DNA of 64,000 nucleotides from a virus (Duplodnaviria; Caudoviricetes): IMG/VR virus record IMGVR_UViG_3300007754_000008, positions 921 to 64,920 of that record; one strand, 5' to 3'. Shown piece by piece: positions 57,481 to 64,000 of this stretch (position 1 is its first letter; each line of letters starts with the position of its first letter). The notes under the pieces were generated by a model. It saw only the letters and a program-made list of their open reading frames with translations, ran no database searches and was not told where the DNA came from. The position numbers and the translations under genes were made by a program.

Positions 57481-57654
57481 ATGACCGATATAACTAAATA
57501 TAGAAATGTTTCGTTAACTCATGATACATACAAGACATTGATTAATTTGTCTAAGGTTTTATTACCAGATGCAAAGTTATCAATTAGTAAAACTGTAGAA
57601 TGTTTAGCAAATGAAAAAGCGAAAAAGTTAAATGGAAAAATTAAAAAAGGGTAG
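57481..57654 (+). CDS. Ribbon-helix-helix-like DNA-binding protein (57 aa)
   Basis: Not in ORF track; AAAGGA RBS; RNVSLTHDTYKTL...SISKTVECL; downstream of TTGACA(57426) promoter. Confidence 0.65.
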   Translation: MTDITKYRNVSLTHDTYKTLINLSKVLLPDAKLSISKTVECLANEKAKKLNGKIKKG

Positions 57655-57838
57655 AGTAAGAAAACTAATTTGTCCAACCTGTAAGGGTAATGGATTTGTT
57701 AAAGTTGCAAGCTTTAACTCTGATGAAATGATTCATCAGTGTTGGGATTGTGACTCGGAAGGGGAGTTTTATGAGACTTCAGATAATCATTTTAGTAACT
57801 CTGACGGTGATGATAATACTGTTAACAAGTTGCACTAG
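57632..57838 (+). CDS. DnaJ-type Zn-finger small protein
   Basis: CPTCKGNG...CWDCDSEG. Confidence 0.75.
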   Translation: MEKLKKGRVRKLICPTCKGNGFVKVASFNSDEMIHQCWDCDSEGEFYETSDNHFSNSDGDDNTVNKLH

Positions 57839-57899
57839 AGTAGATTACGACTTAAATCCTTGGACAACAATATTGAAAGTAATAAAAAATGACAGATAA
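57771..57899 (+). CDS. Small lipoprotein (42 aa)
   Basis: Not in ORF track; GGGGAG RBS; hydrophobic signal then LTSC lipobox. Confidence 0.55.
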   Translation: MRLQIIILVTLTVMIILLTSCTRVDYDLNPWTTILKVIKNDR

Positions 57900-58569
57900 A
57901 GTTAGTTATCAAGTTTTAACGTGGGGACCCTGTGTAGTTAAGTTAAAAACTACTCCAGAATTTCAAAACTTATTATTAAAAGAAGGTGAAGCTTCAAGCG
58001 TAGCAGCAAATGATTATCAACATAGATTAGCTGGTATCATTCAAAAAGAATTTAAATTTAGGGACTACAAACTTTTACTTCCATACGTTGATGAATTTTT
58101 AAAAATGTACACCGGGATATTTGAAAAGTGGAAAAATCAAAAGTTTAAACAACCTCCTAGTTATTTATTAAGAGCTATGTGGATTAATTATCAAAGAAAA
58201 AATGAATTCAATCCACCTCATGATCATGCAGATGATTTATCTTTTGTAATATATTTAAAAGTACCAGAAGAAATAAAAAAAGAATTTAAAGAATATAAAG
58301 GAAGAAGCGCTGGCCCTGGTGGAATTAGTTTTATATATGGTGAAGGAAATAGACAGGCCATTACATATCAATCATATTTTCCTGAAGTAGGAGATATGTT
58401 TATATTTCCTGCATGGTTAAAACATTATGTGGCTCCTTTTAAATCTGATGTTGAAAGAATTTCTGTGGCTGGGAATGTATCATCTCAAGTCCCTCTCAAT
58501 AGTTTAAAACAAGTCGGTGATAATGAATGGAAACCTGTTAAAAACAAAATCGGGGATTATGACACGTAA
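57889..58569 (+). CDS. 2OG-Fe(II) oxygenase (TIGR02466-like)
   Basis: WINYQ, NPPHDH, LSFVIYL, FPAWLKHYV.PF, RISVAGN. Confidence 0.88.
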   Translation: MTDKVSYQVLTWGPCVVKLKTTPEFQNLLLKEGEASSVAANDYQHRLAGIIQKEFKFRDYKLLLPYVDEFLKMYTGIFEKWKNQKFKQPPSYLLRAMWINYQRKNEFNPPHDHADDLSFVIYLKVPEEIKKEFKEYKGRSAGPGGISFIYGEGNRQAITYQSYFPEVGDMFIFPAWLKHYVAPFKSDVERISVAGNVSSQVPLNSLKQVGDNEWKPVKNKIGDYDT

Positions 58570-58759
58570 AAACAAATACTACATTAAATATTTTTCAAAG
58601 TCGGATGGTAAAAAGATAAGACGTCCTTACAATCCACACCATGAAATGCAGCATGAGTTTATAGCGCGTACTGGAAATTTATGTAAAAGATATTGGGACG
58701 AGAGCAAGGATGGATTGCGCACGGCTAACGCACCATGGACCATTGAGGTTAGGAAATAA
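58559..58759 (+). CDS. Hypothetical protein
   Basis: ATG 58559 after GGGGA; YWD..KDG.RTA motif. Confidence 0.65.
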   Translation: MTRKNKYYIKYFSKSDGKKIRRPYNPHHEMQHEFIARTGNLCKRYWDESKDGLRTANAPWTIEVRK

Positions 58760-59298
58760 TGCCTGGACCAAAAAGAAATTTAAATTTAAATACGGTTCCC
58801 TATTGGGAAAAAGAAGCATATCGTGTTAAAAAACAAAAATATAAGGACCATGAAAATTTCCACTATAGGGGAGAGACTAAAATTGTAGGAAAAGAAACCG
58901 ATATGCAGGAATGTAAAGAATGTCATAAAATTCTTCCCACAATGGCATTTACAACCCAAGTTCTAAGAAGTGATGGGGCCTGGCATCTTAAGAAAATTTG
59001 CCGCCAATGTGTTACCATAAGTAAAAGAGAGAGTTCCGCGGTGAGAAAGAATGCTCCCCCCAAACCTGAGCGTTGTGAACGTTGTCATAAAAAAACAAAA
59101 AAACTTCAATTAGATCATATTCATGGATCAACTATCTTTAGAGGATGGTTGTGTAGAGCTTGTAATACAGGGATAGGAAAACTGGACGATAATTTAGAAG
59201 GAGTATTACAGGCTGCAGTTTATTTAGAAAATGATAAAAATAAAATAATAGAAACTTTAGATAAAGTTTATAATGAAATGTTTGCGAGGACAAGATGA
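58759..59298 (+). CDS. Endonuclease VII-like HNH nuclease
   Basis: CKEC..CRQC..CERC...LDHIH...FRGWLC..CN..IG...DN. Confidence 0.85.
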   Translation: MPGPKRNLNLNTVPYWEKEAYRVKKQKYKDHENFHYRGETKIVGKETDMQECKECHKILPTMAFTTQVLRSDGAWHLKKICRQCVTISKRESSAVRKNAPPKPERCERCHKKTKKLQLDHIHGSTIFRGWLCRACNTGIGKLDDNLEGVLQAAVYLENDKNKIIETLDKVYNEMFARTR

Positions 59299-59393
59299 AA
59301 AAAAAATTTTTAGAATTTATATACCACTGGTCAAGTAAACTTAACGCCTGGTCGTGGCAGAAATTATACGGTAAAAGAAATGAAAAAAAGTAA
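59295..59393 (+). CDS. Small Trp-rich peptide (32 aa)
   Basis: Not in ORF track; GAGGA RBS, ATGA coupling. Confidence 0.5.
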   Translation: MKKKFLEFIYHWSSKLNAWSWQKLYGKRNEKK

Positions 59394-60114
59394 TAAATAC
59401 AAGTATATAGAAGGAAAACAGATCACGGATCATGAATCAGGACATCGAATTTATGACATCATTGGTACTAGACTTCCATCTGTTACTACGATATTAGGGC
59501 GTACCAAAAATCAACAATTTTTAAAAGACTGGAAGGCCAAAGTTGGAGAACAAGAAGCGGAACGAATCAAAAATCTTAGTAGTAGGCGGGGAACATCCAT
59601 GCACAAGTTCATCGAGTCTCATGTATCGGGAATTGGTTACGATGATCTTACGCCAATCGGACAAGAGGCGAAGCCCATGGCCAAAAAAATTATTGAAGAA
59701 GGGTTACTCCCTGTGGAAGAGTATTACGGCTCGGAAGTCACGTTGCATTATCCTGGGTTATATGCTGGCAGTACTGACTTGGTATGTAATCATAACGGTT
59801 TAGATACTATTATTGATTTTAAGCAGTCAAATCGCCCGAAGAAATTAGAGTGGATTGAGGATTATTTTTTACAAATCGCCGCGTATTGTATGGCACATGA
59901 CTATGTTTATCAATCAGAAATTAGACAGGGTATTATAATGATCTGTACTCCTGACCTATATTACCAAGAATTCAAGTTTCAAGACGCTGATTTAAGGTCT
60001 TGGAAACATAAATGGTTGAAGAGATTAGATATGTATCACGAATTACAATTCGATGAGAAAGAACAAGTCACATTTGATATAAAGGAGTTTAAAAAACAAT
60101 TTGAAAAAGCCTAA
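59380..60114 (+). CDS. PD-(D/E)xK exonuclease (Cas4/MGME1-like)
   Basis: LPSVTTIL, RGTSMH, YAGSTD, IIDFK, Q.AAY. Confidence 0.88.
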   Translation: MKKSNKYKYIEGKQITDHESGHRIYDIIGTRLPSVTTILGRTKNQQFLKDWKAKVGEQEAERIKNLSSRRGTSMHKFIESHVSGIGYDDLTPIGQEAKPMAKKIIEEGLLPVEEYYGSEVTLHYPGLYAGSTDLVCNHNGLDTIIDFKQSNRPKKLEWIEDYFLQIAAYCMAHDYVYQSEIRQGIIMICTPDLYYQEFKFQDADLRSWKHKWLKRLDMYHELQFDEKEQVTFDIKEFKKQFEKA

Positions 60115-60820
60115 AGTATTTATAGCTATGCCTTGTTATGATATGATGAAGGTTGAAACATGTGTTTCCATCCTCAACACGTACGCAGTATTAGCTAAGT
60201 CTGGGGTTGAGTGTATATTTAAGTCGGTTAAATCTTCTCTAGTAACTCATGCAAGAAATTTATTAACTGCAGGATTCATGGCGTCTGATTATGATTATAT
60301 GTTATGTGTAGATGCTGATGTAGAGTTTTCTCATGAAACTGCCTTAAGAATGTTAGTGCCTGAAAAAGATATTGTATGTACTCCTTATAGATTAAAAGAA
60401 AATCCTTTAAAAACTAAATATCCTGTAGAACATATTGATCCTGATAATATTAAAATACTACCTTTTGATTTAGTGGCGTTAAAATCTGCTCCGGCTGGCT
60501 TAATGTTAATTAATAGATCTGTATTTAGAACGTTGATGGACAAGTATCCTGATAAAAAAATTGAATTTAATAAAGAACACCAAGATAAGATGGATAAAGA
60601 GGTAGGATATAAAGGTGCGATAGATAGATACATGTATAATTTTTGGGATACAAGCTTTAAGGATCATGAATGGAAAGGTGAAGATTTAGCCTTCTGTGAT
60701 TTGGCTCGAAAGTGTAATATTAAGATTTACGGGAATCTCGACTCATGGACCACGCATCATGGATCATGGGGCTTTACAGGCACGTTTGGAGATTCTTTAA
60801 AAAAGAAGGAGGATAAATGA
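60101..60820 (+). CDS. GT-A fold glycosyltransferase
   Basis: VFIAMP, ARN.L, VDAD (DxD), GLMLI.R, GED..FC; TTG start. Confidence 0.85.
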   Translation: MKKPKVFIAMPCYDMMKVETCVSILNTYAVLAKSGVECIFKSVKSSLVTHARNLLTAGFMASDYDYMLCVDADVEFSHETALRMLVPEKDIVCTPYRLKENPLKTKYPVEHIDPDNIKILPFDLVALKSAPAGLMLINRSVFRTLMDKYPDKKIEFNKEHQDKMDKEVGYKGAIDRYMYNFWDTSFKDHEWKGEDLAFCDLARKCNIKIYGNLDSWTTHHGSWGFTGTFGDSLKKKEDK

Positions 60821-61026
60821 AAGAGCAAATATATAAAACTTTAATAATGAAATACCAGTATGAGATGGAGGACGCGCTATTAAAAATAGATTATCTCCTA
60901 AATGGTACACAACCTGTAATTGTAGAACATACTGACGTCACCGGCGAGATTGATAAGCTGTTACATAAAGTTGCAGACGCTAAAGAGAATATGGCAATAT
61001 TAAGGCAATATTATGGCACAAATTAG
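60817..61026 (+). CDS. Hypothetical protein
   Basis: GGAGG RBS; EH.D...EI motif. Confidence 0.7.
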   Translation: MKEQIYKTLIMKYQYEMEDALLKIDYLLNGTQPVIVEHTDVTGEIDKLLHKVADAKENMAILRQYYGTN

Positions 61027-61060
61027 GGCTCGGATTAGGTTCTAGGGCTCGCAAAAACCG

Positions 61061-61301
61061 ATTTACCCCTCGCAGCGCGAGGGGTAAATTAGCGAAAATT
61101 TGATCAAGGACACTGAAATCTGTCCAAAATCCAAAATCTGCGAGGGGTAAATGACTTTTGCGAGGGGTCCGCGAGGGGTAGCGCGAAGGCTAGAAGTGTT
61201 GATTTATATAGGCTGCGAAACCTGCGAGGGGTAAATCTGAAAAAAAATTTTTTTTTGAAAATAAAAATAAAATCTGCTTCTACCCCTCGCAGGGCTCGCA
61301 G
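61061..61301. repeat. Iteron-like GCGAGGGGTA repeats with palindrome and A/T tract (candidate replication origin)
   Basis: Forward copies at 61077, 61140, 61160, 61171, 61224; reverse copies at 61064, 61281; A/T run about 61240-61273. Confidence 0.75.
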
Positions 61302-61320
61302 AATTGTGTTATAAGATATT

Positions 61321-61611
61321 ATGCCTAAGAAAAGAAGAAAAGCTGTCGCCTCATTTGGAACTCCCGACATACCTTATCCTAAAGTCAGGGTGGAGTGGAT
61401 CGATTGTGTGAGTGACTCTGGCTGGGCTACTGATAGGGAGTTTGATAAGATGAGATTAGCAAGACCAATCAATGAAGGTTGGTTATATTCTAAAGATGAT
61501 AAAGCTATTAAACTTTTTGCTTCTTTTGATCGGGAAGATGATGGTTCTTTTTCTTTTGGTGATCGGACGATGATACCTCGTCAGTGGGTTCGGAAGATTC
61601 AGAAGATTTAA
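61321..61611 (+). CDS. Hypothetical protein
   Basis: VEWID...SGW...GW...IP motif common in phage proteins; 3' end overlaps terS. Confidence 0.75.
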   Translation: MPKKRRKAVASFGTPDIPYPKVRVEWIDCVSDSGWATDREFDKMRLARPINEGWLYSKDDKAIKLFASFDREDDGSFSFGDRTMIPRQWVRKIQKI

Positions 61612-62092
61612 TTTCTAATGCTTCAGCATCAACAGTCTTTACATTTAACAGAGGCGCGTAGTCGTCTAAAATTTGTTTCATTTTTGCTTCTAGTTGTTCT
61701 TCTGTCATCTCCTCTAATTTACCTGTTTTTATTATTTTTCTGTCTATATATAGTCCCGCTGCTTTTCCTCTATTGGCTTCAGCATTTACAGCGCTGGAAA
61801 AACTTCCTTTCTTTAAAGCGGCTTCTCTCAACCTAGCTAATTCTGCGACGTGTCCTTCATATGTCACTTCATGTTTTCGAAGTCTTTCTTCTTTTAACTC
61901 ACCAATATATTTTACTACCAATGGTGAATATCTTGGGTTAGTTAATTCAGATCCTTCCCGCATTGCACGAGCAGGTGAATACCCTGCTGCAACAGCTGCC
62001 TCACGTTTAGACATAGGACCATCTGGTCCACCGAATACTAAATGCTCCGCAAATCTCTGTTGCATTTCTGTTAATCTTTTTGGAACTCCCAT
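61508..62092 (-). CDS. terS: Terminase small subunit
   Basis: LTEMQQRFAE...AAVAAGYS...GSEL...YI.EL HTH pattern, GLYIDR. Confidence 0.8.
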   Translation of the reverse strand: MGVPKRLTEMQQRFAEHLVFGGPDGPMSKREAAVAAGYSPARAMREGSELTNPRYSPLVVKYIGELKEERLRKHEVTYEGHVAELARLREAALKKGSFSSAVNAEANRGKAAGLYIDRKIIKTGKLEEMTEEQLEAKMKQILDDYAPLLNVKTVDAEALEIKSSESSEPTDEVSSSDHQKKKNHHLPDQKKQKV

Positions 62093-62361
62093 TAATCCGT
62101 TGCCTCTACCTTACAGTCAAAACATGTATCTAAACCTGCGTTGTGGGCTTCCCAAGTGTTAAATCCACCACAAGTACCTTGACACCATTCATCAGGATGG
62201 TTCCAAACATCTGCATAAATAGTTTCATCATCATGACCATTTTCTTTCATTTGTTTAGCTCGTTCTATTTTTTCTATTTTTACTTCTAATATACTTGCAC
62301 GATCTGGATCATCATAGTTCGCGTATACTAGTTCTTTTTTTAGTTTTTCTAAGTTTTGCAT
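62092..62361 (-). CDS. Hypothetical protein with Cys pairs
   Basis: AGGAG RBS on minus strand; CQGTC, CFDC. Confidence 0.7.
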   Translation of the reverse strand: MQNLEKLKKELVYANYDDPDRASILEVKIEKIERAKQMKENGHDDETIYADVWNHPDEWCQGTCGGFNTWEAHNAGLDTCFDCKVEATD

Positions 62362-62388
62362 AATACTCCTTTATTATGTTTGTTTGGG

Positions 62389-62422
62389 TTGACAATTTAA
62401 GGGAACTATCCTATAAAGTCAA
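62389..62422. promoter_or_regulatory. Overlapping divergent promoters
   Basis: Plus: TTGACA-N17-TATAAA; minus: TTGACT(62422-62417)-N17-TAAATT. Confidence 0.6.
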
Positions 62423-62451
62423 GACATGAAAGATGGACGAGGAGAATTAAA

Positions 62452-62703
62452 GTGTTTGTAAAACATCTACAGGAATTTTTAGGAAGATTCACAATGGGAT
62501 CTACTAAGTATCAAGGCAATGCAATTTCAAATGCCAAAATTTATGTTGCTATTGGAGGTCACTTAGAAGAAATTAAAAGAATGGAAGTGCAAGAGCATAT
62601 GATTATAGGTCAGCCTTCATTACGATTAGTTTTAAGACCTCAAGATGAAAAAAAATTAATTATCCCTGACAAGTTAAGATCTACTCATTACGATGTTAAA
62701 TGA
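62452..62703 (+). CDS. Hypothetical protein
   Basis: GTG start after GAGGAG. Confidence 0.7.
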   Translation: MFVKHLQEFLGRFTMGSTKYQGNAISNAKIYVAIGGHLEEIKRMEVQEHMIIGQPSLRLVLRPQDEKKLIIPDKLRSTHYDVK

Positions 62704-62728
62704 GTGACGATATTCCCTCCAAAACAGT

Positions 62729-63115
62729 ATGGGCCCAGAGGCTAAATTATATAAAAAACTGCGCAAAGTTTCTAAAGACATTTCTTGGATTAGGATTGAA
62801 AACCTTAGTAGTTTGGGGACTCCTGATTTATTGGGCTACAATACTTCTGGCACATTTTTCACTTTAGAACTAAAGTGCACGAAGGGGAATAAAATTAAAA
62901 TTTCACCACACCAAATTGCGTTTCATAAGACACATCCTAAGAATACATTTATCTTAGTCGAGGCCCTTGGTCAAAGGTCCTCGAAACTTGTTCAATACTT
63001 CTTGATCCCTGGTTCAAGGATCTCGGAGCTTGTAGCTTGTGGCTTGCAGCCTAAGCTTGCTGCTTGTTGCTTGACGCTTGAAGCTTGTTGCTTGAAACTT
63101 CAGAACCTGAACTAG
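62729..63115 (+). CDS. PD-(D/E)xK Holliday-junction-resolvase/VRR-NUC-like nuclease
   Basis: EAKL, RIEN...GTPDL, LELK, SPHQIAFH; C-terminus encoded by the heptamer array. Confidence 0.8.
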   Translation: MGPEAKLYKKLRKVSKDISWIRIENLSSLGTPDLLGYNTSGTFFTLELKCTKGNKIKISPHQIAFHKTHPKNTFILVEALGQRSSKLVQYFLIPGSRISELVACGLQPKLAACCLTLEACCLKLQNLN

Positions 63116-63173
63116 GTTCTGGTTTAGTGGGGCTTGGAGCTTGCTGCTTGAGGCTTGCAGCTTGAAGCTTCTT
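62965..63173 (+). repeat. Tandem heptamer arrays (GCTTGNN / nCnnGnn)
   Basis: In-register units from 62965 to 63103 and 63132 to 63173. Confidence 0.92.
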
Positions 63174-63220
63174 CCTCTCAGCCCGGAGGGCTGCATAATA
63201 TTTTGGGTGGTAAAATGTCA

Positions 63221-63820
63221 TTAGTGCTGGCCGTATGATACATTTTTAATTTCAGGATTCCAGCAATTTCTACAATCTTTGCATTCATTGTTTTGAAGAG
63301 GCGCTGGACACGTGGCCTGAGCTGTCACCACGGTCGATGTATTTGGCCAGCTGGCAGGTGCTGCCTGGTCCACCATCGGCGCGCTGAATCTAATTACTAA
63401 ATTGCTTGGCGCTCTGTTTAAATGGTCCTTGATCCATGCCTCACGTGTGGGCATCCAGTGACGCTTGCCAGGTGTTAACCTGCAGACTTCAAAAATTTTA
63501 TTTAAATGTACTAAGTCCTGAACGTCGCCGCTGTCGTGCCAGCGGAACACGTTGGGCTTTTTGCTGTTGATCAGTTGAGCCATAGCCGTGACCCATGGAG
63601 CTGTATATATTGCCTTCAGTCTCTTGTATTGAGCTTCCTGTACAACTTTAAATACATAGCAGCCCTTCATGGCGTAACAGTCATAGCAGACTGAACCAGG
63701 CACAGCTTGGAGCTTGGAGCCTGTTTTGCATTCCTTGGCCGGTAGACCTATTGACCAGCCGGGCATTTTAGATGGTTTACTTAGTCCCCCAACCAGGGAC
63801 CACGCTTCACTTGTTTTCAT
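63221..63820 (-). CDS. GP88-like Cys-rich (Fe-S/radical-SAM-like) protein
   Basis: SKMPG, C...CYDCYA, FRWHDSGD, CPA...CKDCRNCW. Confidence 0.7.
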   Translation of the reverse strand: MKTSEAWSLVGGLSKPSKMPGWSIGLPAKECKTGSKLQAVPGSVCYDCYAMKGCYVFKVVQEAQYKRLKAIYTAPWVTAMAQLINSKKPNVFRWHDSGDVQDLVHLNKIFEVCRLTPGKRHWMPTREAWIKDHLNRAPSNLVIRFSAPMVDQAAPASWPNTSTVVTAQATCPAPLQNNECKDCRNCWNPEIKNVSYGQH

Positions 63821-63870
63821 ATATTTCTTTCTAATTTCATTTTACTTTTTAATTATGTCTTTTTTATGGC

Positions 63871-63960
63871 GCTTGAAGCTTGGCGCTTGCGGCTTGTGGC
63901 TTCAATCTCTGTAAATAAATTGTGTCTTGTTGCATTGCTGCTTGAAGCTTGGAACTTGTT
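63871..63960 (+). repeat. Further GCTTGNN heptamer arrays
   Basis: GCTTGAA GCTTGGC GCTTGCG GCTTGTG GCTTCAA (63871-63905); GCTTGAA GCTTGGA ACTTGTT (63940-63960). Confidence 0.9.
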
Positions 63961-64000
63961 TCTTTTTTTACCTAGCTCCCTGAAGAACTTCTCACAGCTG

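Noticed and set aside
59380-60114. CRISPR-associated cas4
   Set aside because: Stand-alone phage PD-(D/E)xK exonuclease with no Fe-S Cys cluster, no other cas genes and no array
61104-61370. Minus-strand 88-aa ORF with FTPRRF repeats
   Set aside because: Translation by-product of the GCGAGGGGTAAA repeats; no RBS, overlaps a better gene
63014-63196. Minus-strand ORF with LQASS repeats (also 63714..63914 on plus)
   Set aside because: Artefact of the heptamer arrays read through three frames
1-64000. tRNA/rRNA genes, integrase/att sites, IS elements, introns or inteins in terL/polA
   Set aside because: No cloverleaf or rRNA-like segments, recombinase or transposase motifs recognised; terL and polA are uninterrupted and of normal size. 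Not confirmed with tRNAscan or HMMs

Overview
AT-rich, gene-dense window that appears to be most of a tailed dsDNA phage genome of podovirus type. I found no tape-measure gene, RNA polymerase, integrase, tRNA or CRISPR array. Gene order: small early genes (1-2.1 kb); large terminase; two large modular proteins; portal; small basic proteins; GroES; scaffold; major capsid; tail, adaptor and Gly-rich fibre genes interleaved with four 2OG-Fe(II) oxygenases; nozzle; internal/ejection proteins; M15 peptidase; Hsp20; a replication module (SNF2 helicase, SSB-like protein, AEP-type primase, UvrD-like helicase, PolA); many small genes; endonuclease VII; PD-(D/E)xK exonuclease; glycosyltransferase; an iteron-like repeat region; TerS (minus strand); a resolvase-like nuclease; and a GP88-like gene. 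Composition and gene content suggest a marine alphaproteobacterial (SAR11) phage resembling HTVC023P/vSAG 37-F6-type pelagiphages; this is inference, no search was run. Most unusual signals: (1) A short [MFY]-A-x-G-G-(R-x-G-[FY]) peptide motif recurs more than 20 times, confined to about 8 putative virion-internal proteins. It separates unrelated cargo cassettes (ADP-ribosyltransferase-like, colicin-M-like, internal twin-arginine signal, HTH) and suggests a polyprotein packaging/processing system. (2) A frame- and strand-independent 7-bp periodic DNA motif (nCnnGnn; exact 15-mer GACCACGGAACATGG three times) is scattered through coding genes and expands into GCTTGNN arrays at the right end. (3) Several unannotated mini-genes, including an ArfA-like peptide. 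All family assignments come from motif recognition by eye.
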